Source: the human T2T-CHM13v2.0 reference genome, Homo sapiens
Length of the DNA: 64,000 nt
NCBI RefSeq assembly: GCF_009914755.1
Contig: NC_060932.1
Direction: 5' to 3' (one strand)
Part shown: positions 13,150-32,181 of the stretch, piece after piece
How the letters are laid out: every line of letters starts with the position of its first letter
Numbering within the stretch: position 1 is the first letter of the stretch
Made by a program: the position numbers and the translations under genes
Notes under the pieces: model-generated
The model's input: the letters and a program-made list of their open reading frames with translations, nothing else
Told to the model about the DNA's origin: nothing
Databases searched by the model: none

Positions 13150-14180
13150 GTTAAAATAACTGCTGTAATACCAGTCTCCTGACTGGATGCTGACTAATCT
13201 ATAAATTTTTATTGAGAGTGGTCCAGGAAATGGTTTCTCAAAGATTGGGCTTGGGTATTGGCTTCATGATGTCTCAGAGCTTAAGCACAATCCCAGCTCC
13301 TTGCCAATGGGAAATGTGATGCCATTAGTTATGATGATGCAGAATGATGAGTGATCACCTGTAGTTAATTTCAAGGAAGTGCCTTCTCAAGTAGAGGTCT
13401 TGAGGACTATAGGGTTTCTGTGATTAGTCTTATTATAGAAATGTTGATGATAAAAATAGTGTCATGAAATCAGTTTTAAGCTGGTAAATATATAACAACT
13501 AATTACTTTTTTAAAAAATGAAACATTATTTGTAGGCATGGCCAATTTCCTTGGTCTAAAGATTCCCACCATGGCCAATATCAAGCTATGAATGTGATGC
13601 CACTGAACGTGGAGATGAGAAGGGATGCTTGTATCATTTTCTGCTAACTGGTATGAGCCAGTTCCAACACATGGCTACATGAGATGGATTTTTCTGACTA
13701 TACTGGATTCTTTCCAAGAAAATGACAAACTCAACTGTGCAACCTCTTATCTAATGACCAGAAAAGCACAGAGCTTCTTTAGTAGCCCAAGAAGAATCTC
13801 TTATTTATGAAGCCACAGGGATAATATTTCTGAAAAACAAATACAGACTTTAATGGTGAAAGTTGCAGAGCTACAACACAAGTTGGATTGAAAGTATTGT
13901 CAAGTTTTTTATCTGAAAGTGAAGATATCATTGGGAAAGTGTGAGACCCTAAGATTTGGAATGGGGACATCTGGGTAGACTTAAATGAAGCTGAGGCCTC
14001 TTGGTCACTCTAATAAGTACTCTTTAGCCAGTGAAAACAACCTTCTCTCCTGTTTTTCTGAGAAAATTAGCCTCCCTTTGTTTGAATACCTTGCCTTGAA
14101 GGAAATGATCATGAATATGTATCTCCTTGGATATTTTTGCCTTTCTTCTTCGAACATGGCAGTGGTGTGACTGAAGGAGA
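13150..14180 (+). mobile_element. Ancient ERVL-class remnant: LTR tail, leader and gag relic
   Basis: 13916-13980 reads KVKI-IGKV*DPKIWNGDIWVD (one frameshift), resembling ERV-L gag 'KVRALIGKEWDP.TWNGD.W'; leader 'ctccttgccaatgggaaatgtgatg'. Confidence 0.65.
13471..13675 (-). mobile_element. MER63-like hAT-Blackjack MITE inside the ERVL remnant
   Basis: 'gctggtaaat..aacaact', 'cccaccatggccaatatcaagcta..cactgaacgtggag', 'gagccagttccaacac'. Confidence 0.7.
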
Positions 14181-14217
14181 TGACTTTTCTCTTTAGAGGG
14201 AGGAATGCTTCACACAT

Positions 14218-14401
14218 CAGCTCTCAAAGTGCGTTTCTAGGGACAGCAGCATCTGTATCTCCAGAAAACTTGTTAGAAATGCAAATTCTTGGGTTTCAGC
14301 CCGAGCCTATTGAATCAAAAACTCTTGAGGATGGGCTCAGAAATTTATCTGCCAACCTTTCCAATTGATTCTCATTCATGACAAAGTTTAAAAACTACTG
14401 C
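14218..14401. mobile_element. MER5A (hAT-Charlie)
   Basis: 'tctcaaagtg...cagcagcatc...aacttgttagaaatgcaaattcttgg...gaatcaaaaactct...aagtttaaaaactactg'. Confidence 0.85.
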
Positions 14402-15829
14402 TTAAATTTTACCTTGAGCAACTTTTGGCTTCATTTTTCTTGATTAGGAAAAATGTCTTCAGCATCAATTTTTTAAAAATCTTTAAAATTTAATGTATTT
14501 TTGAAAATTATATAAAGCTCTGCCTACTAAGATCTCAGATACACAGTTCATATGTTATAGGCAAATACAATCTTTAGTAGGGTACACCATTCCTCTTTTT
14601 TGTTATGTTTTACGTTATTAAAAGTATAAGTAATAAAATTATTTACATATTTGCCATGTCAAGTCAACATGTAGTTTGGGGTATCTTGTATGTACCCACT
14701 TAAGTACTAGGCATTAGGAGACATGGAATGAGGATAAGTATACCTTCCCTAAGAAAGACATCAAAATGACATTTATTATTTGTGGTGACTAAGATAAATC
14801 TTTTCTAGTTGAACTCTTATGAGTCCCATTGATTAAAGATCTTGCAATCTTATGGAGGAAATGAGGCTTATAAAGTAGAAACAATTACTAATTAGTACAA
14901 ACTAATTTATAGTCAAGTGACATCTTGTATAATATAAATTATGAATGCTTCATTTGTTAGAATAGAGGAGTTAGTGTGCATTAACAGAACAGGAAGGCAT
15001 CATTGGAAATACTTGAATTAAGCCTTAAACCTCAGTGAAACTGTGGTAGATAGAAGAAAAATGATGAAGGGGTTGGCTAAGGAAGAGCATATAAGTATCA
15101 TGGCATAGAGGTGGAGATGAGCATACGCAGAGGGCAAAAATGATGGGTCTTTAGAGTAGTTGAAGACATAGATAAATTAAATAAGTTTAATTATACCAAA
15201 TATTAACATAACCTGAGCATACTTATATTAGCAATTTAATTTGTGTTAAAACCGTTTGGCCCATAACTCATAGAGAATTTGCCAGTGTGACCTGAAGTGA
15301 ATGGACAAAGGCTACTTAACCTGAGGCTGATGAACAGCACTGGAAAGCCAGGGCAATGGAGCAAGTGGAGAAAGTATTAGGATTTTAGTGGATAAATGTA
15401 CCAGTTGATCCTTGAATTGACACACAAATGATAAATCTAAGGCATGAGAATAAATTTAGGAAAGAAGGAAATAGTGTGGCAAAATCATATACTGCTGAAA
15501 CTAGACAAAATACGTTAATGTATGATCCATCCATATTTTGTTGCCTTTTGTCCGTCAGTGAGTACACTGGCCTTCCCTACTTATTTTTTTTTTCTCTTAC
15601 TTACAAAATTCATTCTTTTGAATTTTGTGTTGCAAACTGAAAATGAGAGAGGACACTAGAAGAAAAGAGATGGGTAGAACTGGACTGGGGAAGAAACTTT
15701 GGAGGAGATAGATATAAGATGTGAGGTATAAGAGATTTATGTGAAAAAGAAAGGAAAGATAGTTAAGTATTGATATGAACTATGTCTATATTCATTACAA
15801 GTGAAAACCAGAAAGAATACCTGAGCTAA

Positions 15830-16133
<304 letters not shown>

Positions 16134-17091
16134 TGAGCTATTTTGTTGTTTGCAGTTGTTCGTCTCTGTCTTCTTTGCCATAACCCTGCTCTGAGACTGG
16201 ATCGCATGACTCATTTGAGTTATAAAGTGAATAGTCTAGTTTTTACTGTGATATTTGCTACAAAAATGCATCTCTTAAGTCTATCGTGAGTTCAAAGACT
16301 AATCAATGTCACTGTTTAGCTTTTGCATACCCCTTATCTCTGAAGAGGATTCAGATCCTACACGCCTTCCAAAGACATGGGATAGTAGCCACCCACTGCA
16401 TTCCTAATCATCCTACTGTAGAAATGTCTCTAAACTGAGAAGAGAAAGGGAATGAGGATAGGCAGAAATGTCCCTCATCCATCTGAGACCGATCTAGAAC
16501 AGCCTCTAGATAAGACTCTCTACTGTGACTTATCTCATTCTGACAGAGACCCTGAAATAAAACACGGTCAATCCAATTAGCTCTTATATTACTGTTATTT
16601 CATTGGGAGTACAGGTATGATTCTTCGAGAGGAGAAAATATTTTTCTTTATGGAATTCCCCCAAAGATCACAGTAATTTTCTCTGACTGGGTAATTATAA
16701 CAACAACAACAGCAGCAACAACTGTTTATTGAGTGCCTACTATATGCCAGGCATTGATCTAAGTGCTTTGAGGGTTTTACATGTAAAAAAAAAAAAAAAA
16801 AAAAACATGAGAAGCGTTGTACTAAAATCTTCACTAACCCCAGATAGTGAACAGCATAGGAAGATTTATTTCCAGTCTAATGCAGATTCCTTGCTCTAAA
16901 CAAAATAATAAATGTTTATTGCTGAATAATGCATTTTAAGAGATTCTCATTCAAAAAAGTTACAAAAAAGTCATTCAGAGAATATGCTTATCATCAGAAA
17001 GTTTTCAGAAAAGAAAATACTACTTTCCTTGGTAAATATTGTCTAATATTTGTAATATTATTACAAATTAAGGATTATTTTATGTATCTAA

Positions 17092-17296
17092 TCCAGAGCT
17101 TCTCAACCATGGAAGACTTTGCCCCTGGGGACATCTGGCAATGTTGAGACTGTTGGTTGTCAAAATGAAGAGTGCTACTAGTATCTAGTAGATTGAGGCC
17201 AGTCATGCTGCTAAACATCCTACAAAGCATAAGACAGTCCCTACAACAAAGAATTATGCAGATCAAAATATCTATATTCTGAGGTTGAGAAACCAT
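17092..17296. mobile_element. MER20 (hAT-Charlie)
   Basis: 'ttctcaacc...tttgcccctggggacatctggcaatg...tgctaaacatcctaca...gaggttgagaaacc'. Confidence 0.88.
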
Positions 17297-17379
17297 GATG
17301 TGATCTAAAATTCTTCTTTGAATCACTGTTAAAGGGATATAATAAAATCAACTTTAATAAATACTTATTAATTTTTCGT

Positions 17380-18115
17380 TTTCTTTCTCCTTCTACATTC
17401 AAACTATCAGGTGGCTCTAGGACTCTAGTTTTCAAATCAGATCCTGGATCCTAACAATTATCACTCTAAGTTTTAGGTCAAGCCATCATCATTTCTGCTG
17501 CTATTCTTGTTCCTCCTAGATTTTATTAGTTGAAGTGTAATCTTTCCAAAGCCTAAATAAGGATAGGAACCTCCCCTACTCCAGATCCTCAAGCTTCCTT
17601 TTGGATTTAAAGTCAAATTCAACTGCAAACCGTGGCATGCAATATGTCACACGATTTGGTTCCTGACTAAGCTCAGTTCTTATTAGCCATAATGTTCCAT
17701 TTTTTTCACTATTTTCTGGGCACACTGGTCTTTCATTTTCCCATGGATATGCTAAGTTCACCCCATCTTGGGGCTTTGCACTTGAGTTTCCTCTCACTAG
17801 AATGCTCTTTCTTCACAGTTTGGCATGGTTTCCCCTTTTCATTATATAGGACCCAACTTGGAGGAAATTTCCTCCAAGAATCCTTATTCCTAACCCATGA
17901 TTTATTTTCTTTGTAGTTTTCATCACTTTCTGAAATTGTCTTTTGTCTTTAGGTCTCAATTGACTATTAATTACAAGTGTGTAAGCCTTGGGGGGAAGAA
18001 GCTTTGCCTTACCTTGCTTTTGCATTTCCCATCTCTAGAACAATGTCTGACATGTAATAGATGATCCATGATATTTGTTGAATAGTGAGTGAGTGGTTGA
18101 CAGAATGAATGAAAT
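17380..18115 (+). mobile_element. L2 LINE 3' portion
   Basis: 'gggctttgcacttg', 'tctagaacaatgtctgacatgtaatag...atatttgttgaatagtgagtgagtg...gaatgaatgaa' L2 terminus. Confidence 0.7.
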
Positions 18116-21100
18116 TTACAGGCTAGAGTTTTCTTTTCTACTGGTATGGATTCATTAAGGTAGGCATAGTACCTGTCTTCCATCTGTAGCCTGTGGTCAC
18201 TTTCTCCTCAGGGAAATAATGTAAAATGACACTCAAAGAACAGCAAGAAATTCCACCAGCAGAGTATGAGTAAGAGTTTTCTCGAAAGGTGGATTATGGA
18301 ATGACTAGACCCAGAATTGAGAGGGAGCTGAGTCTGTTGGAGACACAGAAAGAGGGGCAGCATTGCTGTGTAAAGAGAAGCATGGACCAGAGTGGAGGCT
18401 GGAAGGTAGAAAAAGCTAATCTTTGTTAAAAGGATAGACTTTATCATGAGAGACTGGAGGGGTCTGGAAGAGTGTTAAGTAGGTAATGCTCTCTGTTACA
18501 CAGTGATCAAAACATGGAAACTGAAGTAACCCAGGCTACAACTAAGCCACATCTACACAACAGTGAGGTGACAACTGGGGTAAATAAAAGGATTGCTGAT
18601 GAATGGAGGCTTCCTGCTACAGTTTTTAATCCAACAGTTAGGACCCACATTGAATGAATTATGCAATGGCTCAGTGCTAGTCAAAGAGGCAAATCCTGGG
18701 TCAAATGACACTATCTCTTCCACAAGATATTGAGCATTTCACAAATTTCAGAAGACATTTTTTTTTTCCACTAGCGAGACTACTTCAGTTGTGAACTCTT
18801 CCATAATTATCCCTTTGAAATAAATCGATTTAATTTTTTCTCTTCTATTCAGGTGCAGATATGCTAAATTATGCTTCATGAAAGGTAAAGTAGTCAGATT
18901 CAATCAAACCATTCATTCATACCAGCCAGGGCTCTTAGTAATTACTTTTTATCTCAGATCATTGTAATTTGCCTTCCATTTACATAAGAAAATCATTTTG
19001 TATTATGCTACCAATATCTCAGAAGAATAATTTAAAACATCAATATTGAGTAATTCTTGTTCATTTGTTTAGCCAAATTTATATATATTCTACTATGTGC
19101 AAGATGCCCTTGCCATAGACAAATTAAGCAGGAAGATCATTATTATATGCCAAACACAAAACTAAATATGACGATCGCTATTAAGAAGTTCAGACAGTTC
19201 AGGGCCCAGTGTAAAGTTTTTTGGGAATGTGTAATCAGATTTGACCACCTTCACAAAAGTATTCATCAAACAACTCAAATAATTTTATTCTAATTTTTGA
19301 ATTTGCAGACCATAATGAATGAAAAATTATTTGCCTATGTTGTACAAATTGGCTTAAATTTAGTCCATAAGCTCCTACAACTGTAATTGCTTTATAATAA
19401 GACACTGGGTCTTAAATTTTCTTTATATTCTTTGCTCCTAGCACAGTGCTGGGCACAGAGTAGATGCAAAATGTGTTATTTGTTAAATGGAACATAGTGA
19501 GAATAACTGTCCTTTTTTTCTCCTGCAAATTATTTGGCCATGAGATTTGCCTGTGGGAAATATATTTAAATGTCTATGAAATGTCATATTGAAAACTGAT
19601 TCCACATTAATTGTGTCCTTACTCCAGACAGCAACATTTGGTACTCAAGCAATCAAGTCTACTGTGATTGTTCCCCTTGCGTATGTACCCTATTCAGTAC
19701 TTTTCATCACAGAAACACCTGTGATTCCCCAATGATTAGCCTGTGAAAAACTGTGAATGTCTTGTTTGTTTATTTACAGTCAAATCTTGTTCCACCTATC
19801 AATTTTACTGACACTGAAATGTGAACAATTTAAGGCATATTGTTATAAATATTAAAATATGTGAAAGTAAGATAAATACAAAATATGCGAAAGTAGGATG
19901 AGTTTGTTTTGCATTAATGAAGCCTTCATGCAAACTATTTCCTATTGTCTAATTAGTGATGCAGAAATGTAAATATCATTCTCCAAGGAATCATGAACTT
20001 GAATACCTAGCAATGTCAGCATTGCAATGCAAATTGCTGATGTAAAAAAAATTGTTTTTAACTTTTGTTGAAAATACATACTTACATTCTTAAACATCAA
20101 AGTAAGACTTAGATTTTAGCTGAAAGATATATGAAAAATAAATCAGATTAAAAAAGAATAAAATATATTTAAAATTTCCAAAATTCCAAACCCAGCAAAA
20201 AACTTATGTGTTTTTTTGATTATTTTCCCAAATAATTGAATAAAATTTAGTTATTTTAAACTATACTTAAATAATTATATTATGGGGATATTATCAAGAA
20301 AATAGCCATGATATCTATTTAACATTTATTAGATTTTCATAATATGATATATTGCATAATATTTATATTTAAGATTAAATAACTAATTACTTATGCTTGT
20401 TACTGAGTTTCATAAAGGGATTTAGAGAAATAATCAGTTGCCAAGTCCAGTTTTTCTCAGGGCACAGGGTACATGTGCAAAATAATTTATTTATGTAAAA
20501 ATGTACATAAGACAGTGATACATCTCATGATTTCAGTAAATAACAATATTTTAGATACTCTTTTTAATTTGATAGCATAACATTAGATCCATAAGAATAT
20601 TTTTGCTGTATTTTTTAAGCTTTCATTTATAAAGAAAAGAGGACTAGAAAGACAACCATCTGTAATTTAAAAAAATCAATACTTTTGCTGAGCATTTTGG
20701 TTAAAGTTTTTTGTTGTTGTTGTTAATCATCTACATTTCTTTTTTTTTATTTTCAATTTGCATTAAATTCTTATATCTATTTCTATTATTCCTTTCTTTG
20801 CCCCTTATATACTAAAAACTTTCTTGCTGGCTTATAGTATTACTTTCCATGGAAGTTCCACTTGGGTTTCAGTGTTGACAGAATGACCTATTCTACTCTG
20901 GGGCTCCATGTCCCAACTCTGGACTAATCACACAATTTCCTTCTCCATACTTGAGGAAAGCCTATGCCTCTGCAGAACAGTGCCTCTATGAATTTATTTT
21001 TCTAGTCTTTAAATGGAACACCAGCATTCTCCGGCAATTTTCTTATACTTCCGAGCCCATTCTCTCTCCCCATTCCTAGAGTAATTATTCAAATCACTGT

Positions 21101-22284
21101 CAGCAAATACCTGATTCATAGAAAAAATATAGATCCTGTCATGAAGAAACTATCCCAATTGACTACTGCCAACTGGCCTTAATTGTGATTTGTTCTAAAT
21201 CTTTTACTTTTAGTAGAAGGGAAGAATCTATTAATCTTTCATGTCATATCTTTAAGGCTAATTCTTCCATCTCTGCTCAGGGTCCAATGTCCTCCTAGCT
21301 CCTCAGCAACCTGTCCATCATTTATCCTTCTCTGTCTTTCCTAGTTATGGGTCATATTATTTTGTGCTCTTCACACGTCTAGTATTTTTTAATTCTGTAC
21401 TTAAACTTGAGAATGCTACATTGTTAGATTTTTGGTCTTCCTTAAAAGACTTTTGGATTTTGCTTTGACCACACTACTTTTGGGTATCCTAGAATCATTA
21501 AAGCCTTGTATTTTTTACAATTTTATTAGTGTGGATCAGAGCCAGCTTCTTGGGTATGCAACCAGATTTCTAGTTGTTAATGGAGAGAAAACACGGCCAG
21601 TATCAGTTACTTCACCGTGACCATAAGTGCAAGCTTTGTCCTTGTTTATCACTGTTTTTGTTTATAAATATGCTAAGGTATCTCCCATATTAAAAACACT
21701 TCTCATTTCCTTCTTACCCAAACATCGGCCACCCAGTCCAATAAACCCAAGGGTTTAAATATCAGTGAGATAATTACTACAACCCAGTAACAATTTCTTA
21801 TTATCTGCTTTGATAATATTAACACCAAGTTTTCTTGCCTCTACTACCAGAAAATGTTTCTATTTTACTTGCTTTCTATCTCAAATAAACACCAAGTCAT
21901 TACTGCTTCTCATCTCAGAATGGCAATAACCTCCAAATTGGCCTTGCTGGTATCAAGGACAATTTCTTGACACCAAGGTCATGGCTCCATTTATCACGAA
22001 CTAGACAGCAATCCTTTAATAGATTAGACTAGATTACATCAAGCCTCTGGTTATCACATTCCAGTGGCTTCCTATTGTACTTAAAATAAATCCAATGTCG
22101 GCCCTACACAATCTAATTCCAGCCACCTCCCTGACTGCCTCCATTTATTTCCTCTGTATTCAGAACACTCAGGTCACACTGGATGCCTCTGTGCTCTTCA
22201 AATATGAGGCTCTTCTAGCCTTAGGCTTTTCTCTTGGCTTGGAGGGTAATTTCTTCAATTTCCCATGACATCCTACTAGCATTT

Positions 22285-22967
22285 TGTATTAGTCCATTCT
22301 CACACTACTAATAAAGACATACCTGGGACAAGGTAATTTATAAAGAAAAGAGGTTTAATTGACTCATAGTTCAGCATGGCTGGGGAAGCCTCAGGACACT
22401 TACAATCATTGCATAAGGTGAAGCAAACATTTCCTTCACATGTCTGTAGGAAGGAGAAATGCTGAGCAAAGGGGGGAAAAGCCTCTTATAAAACCATCAG
22501 ATAAGCTGGGCACAGTGGCTCACACCTGTGATCCCAGCACTTTGGGAAACCAAGGAAGGTGAATCACTTGAGGTCAGGAGTTCAAGACCAGCCTGGCCAA
22601 CAAGGTGAAACCTTGTCTGTACTAAAAATATAAAAATTAGCCAGGTGTGGTGGTGCATGCCTGTAGTCCCAGCTACTTGGGAGGCTGAGGCAGGAGAATC
22701 ACTTGAACCTGGGAGGGGGAGGTTTCAGTGAACAGATATCATGCCATTGCACTCTAGCCTTGGCGACAGAGTGAGACTCCATCTCAAAAAAACAAAACAA
22801 AACAAACCCCACCAGCTCTTGTGAGAACTCACCATAGCAAGAACAGCATGAGGGTAACCGCACCACGATTAAATTACCTCCCACCAAGTCCCTCCCATGA
22901 CATGCAGGGACTATGGGAACTACAATTCAAGATGAAATTTGGGTTGGAACACAGCCAAACCATATCA
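22285..22967 (-). mobile_element. THE1C-like MaLR solo LTR interrupted by an Alu
   Basis: tgtattagtccattctcac...cagccaaaccatatca; perfect 5-bp TSD cattt. Confidence 0.92.
22505..22806 (+). mobile_element. AluS inserted in the THE1C LTR
   Basis: Full dimeric Alu with (AAAAC)n tail. Confidence 0.95.
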
Positions 22968-23184
22968 CATTTAGAACATTTGAATGAATACATGTTTTAA
23001 TTTAAAAAACCATAGATAAATTGGAGAATCTTAACTAACAATGTTATGAAAATTCTGAATTTAAACAAATCTAGATATGAATCCATGATTAGCTACTTTC
23101 CAGACTAAAATTTACTTTACTCATTGGAGTTTCAGTTTCCTCATCTATAAAATTTGGATCATAATCTCTGCTTTACAGACATAA

Positions 23185-25810
<2,626 letters not shown>

Positions 25811-26967
25811 CATAATATATAAAGGACACATCATTGAAGGCTTAAAGCATAGTAAGTACTTAATGAGTTGTAGCTATTAATATAATCAAATGGGAACAAA
25901 AGGAAACAAATGATTATATATATAGACATATACATACATGTATATGTGCTGTGGTTATTTACATGCAAATATATGCTGTTTGAGTTTTAGTTATCAACAG
26001 ATTACTTTTTTGAAACGCTGTAACCTTGAGGTCTCTTCTTATGTAAGCATTCCTCATCTCATGATCATGCTATTAATTCTCTGTCCAGTTAGCTTTGGTC
26101 TGTCATTTTCCTATATTAGAAAGAATGTAGGCAGTGGACAGATTAGCTTATTTTTCCACTAGATCTTAGTCCTGTTTATTATTTTTTAAATGTATATATT
26201 AATTCACATAATAGTCTATGCTCAACTGACAACGCTTATATTTTAAATACACAAAGTGCAGCCAAATTAGATTCAGGGTAACTTTGTTGAAAAGCAATAC
26301 CTCCAAGCTCTGGCTTCCTCAGGCTCTTTGTTCAGTGACTAAAATAGATCTGAAGGTAGAACTGAGAGAATCTGAACATGAGCCCTCTGTTCAGGCATGA
26401 CAGGCATGGCAACCTGAGCATCCAAGTGGTCATCTCTGGAGAAGGGATTATGACACCTTTCACATCCTTATAATTAGACCTCCTGAGTATGACTCTTAAA
26501 ATGACAAAAGAAATTTGAGCAATGGCCCATAGAGGTACTTTTTTTTTTTTTTTTTTTTTACTTCGGTGGGCATCAGTAAATTTTGGCCAAAAGGACAAAG
26601 ATGGCAAACATGGCATTCCACAAAAATACAAACCAAATGTAAGCAAGCTGATTATCTTGAAATTTTAACTTTTTAAAAGAGAACTGATGATTTAGTTGTT
26701 CCCACCCCTTGTGGATTTCTCATAATTAAAATTAGATTTAAAATTGAGGCTAATCCCTTCACAGGAGTAGATAATATAAAATCTTAAAAATGTAAATTTA
26801 GTTTTTAATCTGTAAAATAGGCCTTAAATGCAATATCAGATAACATTTTAAGCATCAATTTTAATAGCTTAGGAATTATGCTTTTCTTGGAAGAAAGATT
26901 TCCGAATCCCCAAAATGCTAAATGCATGAAAAAATAAGAACAAATGTTTGAGAAGAATGCATAATGA

Positions 26968-27045
26968 TATAAGAAAGGAGTTTGAGATTATGACCTTATG
27001 ACTGACTCCTTATAAGAAAGGAGTTTGAGATTAGGACCTTATGAC
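26968..27045. repeat. 35-bp direct repeat with 8-bp spacer
   Basis: tataagaaaggagtttgagatta(t/g)gaccttatgac at 26968-27002 and 27011-27045. Confidence 0.92.
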
Positions 27046-27771
27046 ATGTCACTCCCACTGAAAGAGACCAAAATTTTGAGTAGAGAAACATAATTTGAAC
27101 AGATCTTTGTAGAGAAAACACTGAGAGTGGATGGAGAAGTGATGTAGTCACTGAAGCTGAAGAGGGAGAAAACTGGGAACTCTGCATAGGATACAAAAAT
27201 TCTGGGGCTGGTTCCTAGTCCTGAATGGCTCCTGAGGAAGGGGTGAGTGAAGGGACTGTGGGACAGCCTACTCTCGCCACAGACTTCTGGGATCCTAGCT
27301 ACAGGGGACCCCACATCTATCATGGACATTTGGTCTGGCAGGGGATCTGCCTGAAGAGTAGGTTTCAGCCAGCTTGGAGTTGGGGAACTTTATGTAGGTG
27401 TCAGCTCTGCAAAGTGCAGCCACAGGTGTCAATCCCCCAGGGATCCCCATCTCCCTCCAGGGAGCTCCTTCAGGAAGCTCTAGGTCCTCCAGAAAGCTCT
27501 AGCCCCAGATCACTGCTGGGGCAGGAGAAAGTGAGGCCAACTTTCATGTGGAACCATGTCTGTTCTGCAGGCCCTACTGCCTGACTGCTTCTCCCAGGGC
27601 CCCTGCCTGGCCAACCCACAGAAGTGTGTACATAGCACAGCCTCTGCTGCCCAGCCTTGGTGCTTTAGTCCATCTGGGTACGTTTCCAGCAGCCTGGAGG
27701 CACTTTGGATTCCCTAGTGCACCTGGAACCTGACCCCACATGTCTGGAAGATGAAGCTGAAGTGGCCTCAT

Positions 27772-28397
27772 TGTCTGGGGTGACACCCAAAGTTCTGGTC
27801 TCACAGCTGTGGAGATCAAGGGTGCAGACACACACGAAGGATGAAGTTAGAGAAGAAATTTAATAGGCAAAAGAAAGAGAATAACTTTCTGCTACAGAGA
27901 GGGGTCCTGGAAATAATAGTTTGCTAATCCATGGTGAAATGCAGGGGATTTTATAGATGAGCTAGTGGGGAGGTGGTGTCTGATCTACGTAGGGCATGAA
28001 AAAATGGTTAGGACCAGGTGTGCCATCTGCATAGGGCATGAATCTCTGGCAGCCCCAACCCCAATCTTTTATTATGCAAGTGGGTTTTCAGCCTGAGGTA
28101 CTCCATGTTGGTCATTTATTTCTTACTGTACACATGTTAACAAAACAAAAAAGAGAACGTGGAGGCCCCGTGATGGACATGCCTGGCCCCAGGTAGTCCA
28201 TTGTTTGGTGCAGCTGCCAGCATCCCTTTGAGCAAGCTTCCAGCTTCCTTATCTATGTTTGCGGTTCGATCTTTCAGGCTTCTCTTTGATAGAAAAGAAG
28301 TAATTTCTACTGCTGCTTTTTGTTAGAGGGAAGTTCTGCCAATGACCCTATTCCCCTCACTACCTGCCTAAATAATTTCTTTCTATCTCCTGTATCA
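27772..28397 (-). mobile_element. ERV1 3' LTR (MER4 group; MER50/MER83/LTR19-like)
   Basis: Minus strand begins TGATACAGGAGATAGAAAGAAATTATTTAGGCAG and ends CCCCAGACA; preceded by polypurine tract GAGGGGGGGAAA. Confidence 0.8.
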
Positions 28398-30597
<2,200 letters not shown>

Positions 30598-32181
30598 AGC
30601 CACAGCTGATCCTAGAGTCCCAGGCCTGAGGCATGCAGCTTATGAGTGCTGAGACAACATCTGTTGCTGGCACTCAAGTGGGGAAGAAGCCCACATTCTC
30701 AGAGTACTGAGAAGGGTAAGACATGCATGTTCATGGGCTGGTACAAGAGCAGGGTGTGCATCTTTCCACAGGGCTGGTCCAGAAAGGGTGTGGCCTATCT
30801 CCCTGCCAAGGCCTCTGCTTGAGAGAGCCCCATGGCCTGTAACACCTAATAAAAGAAATGCGGGAACAGTGTCAGGAATCAGAAGGGGGTCCTTCAAGGC
30901 CCAGGAAAGGACTTGGTGAAGAGATCTCTCTCCCCACTGCATCACAGAGCACATGCTACTATGAGGAAATACAAGAGAGCCACGTGGCTAAGAGCGTATC
31001 TACTGGCCATTACTCTTAGTCTCCATCTACTGGACCACAGCTCAAACTACAATATCAAAAATATTTTGCTAATACACCCTCCAATGAAACCAAGGGCAAT
31101 AATTCAGCCACAAATAAAGACCACGTACAGAGCCTTGGCCCTTTGAAAACATCCAGAAAGAAAGCCAACTGACTATACTCAACTTACACTACAGTTAAAG
31201 GAACACTGACCCTCCCAGATGAGAAAAAATGAGCAATTCAAAAGAGAACTCTGGCAATTCAAAAAGACAAAGTATCTCCTACCTCCAAGTGAGTCCATTA
31301 GCTCCCCAGCAATGATTTTTAACAAGTCTGAAATGACTGAAATGACAGACATAAAATTTAGAATCTGGATGACAAGGAAGTTCATTGAGATTGAGGTGAA
31401 AGTTGAAACCCAATATAAGGAATCCAAGGAATACAGTAAAACAAAGAGCTGAAAGATGAAATTGTCATTTTAAGTAAGAACCAACTGAACTTCTAGAGCT
31501 TAAAAAAATTCACTGCAAGTATTTCATAATACAATCTAAATATTAACAGGATAATAAACAAGGACAGAATCTTAGAGCTTGAAGACCAGTGCTTTGAATC
31601 AACTCAGATAAAAATAAAGAAAAAAATGATTTTAAAAAATGACCAAAACCTCACATAATTAAAGGATTATTGTATAGAGACTATATCTATGATTCATTGG
31701 CATTTCTGAGAGAGGAGGAGGGGAAATAAACAATTTGGAAAATATATATGAGGATATAGTCCATGAAAATTTCCCTAATTTTGCTAGAGAGGTTGACACA
31801 CAAATTCAAGAAATACAGAGAACCTGCACTAGATACTAAACAAAATGACTGTCTCCAAGGCACATAGTCATAAGATTCACCAAGGTCAACACAAAATAAA
31901 AAAAAAAATCTTAAAGGCAGTAGAGAAAAGCATCAGGTCACATACACAGGAAACTCCATCAGGCTAGCAGCAGAACTCTCAACAGAAATCTTACAAGCCA
32001 GAAGAGACTGGGGGCCTATTTTCAGCCTACATAAAAAAAAAAAAGAAAAGAAATTACAACCAAGAATTTTATGTTTCAACAGTCTAAGTTTCCTAAGTGA
32101 TGGAGAAATACATTCCTTCTCAGACAAGCAAATGCTGAGGGAATTCATTTCAACTAGACCAACCTTAGAAGAAGTCCCTAA

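Noticed and set aside
16697-16805. (CAA/CAG)n and poly(A) run giving poly-Cys/Phe ORF
   Set aside because: Simple repeats associated with a decayed MIR/L2-like fragment
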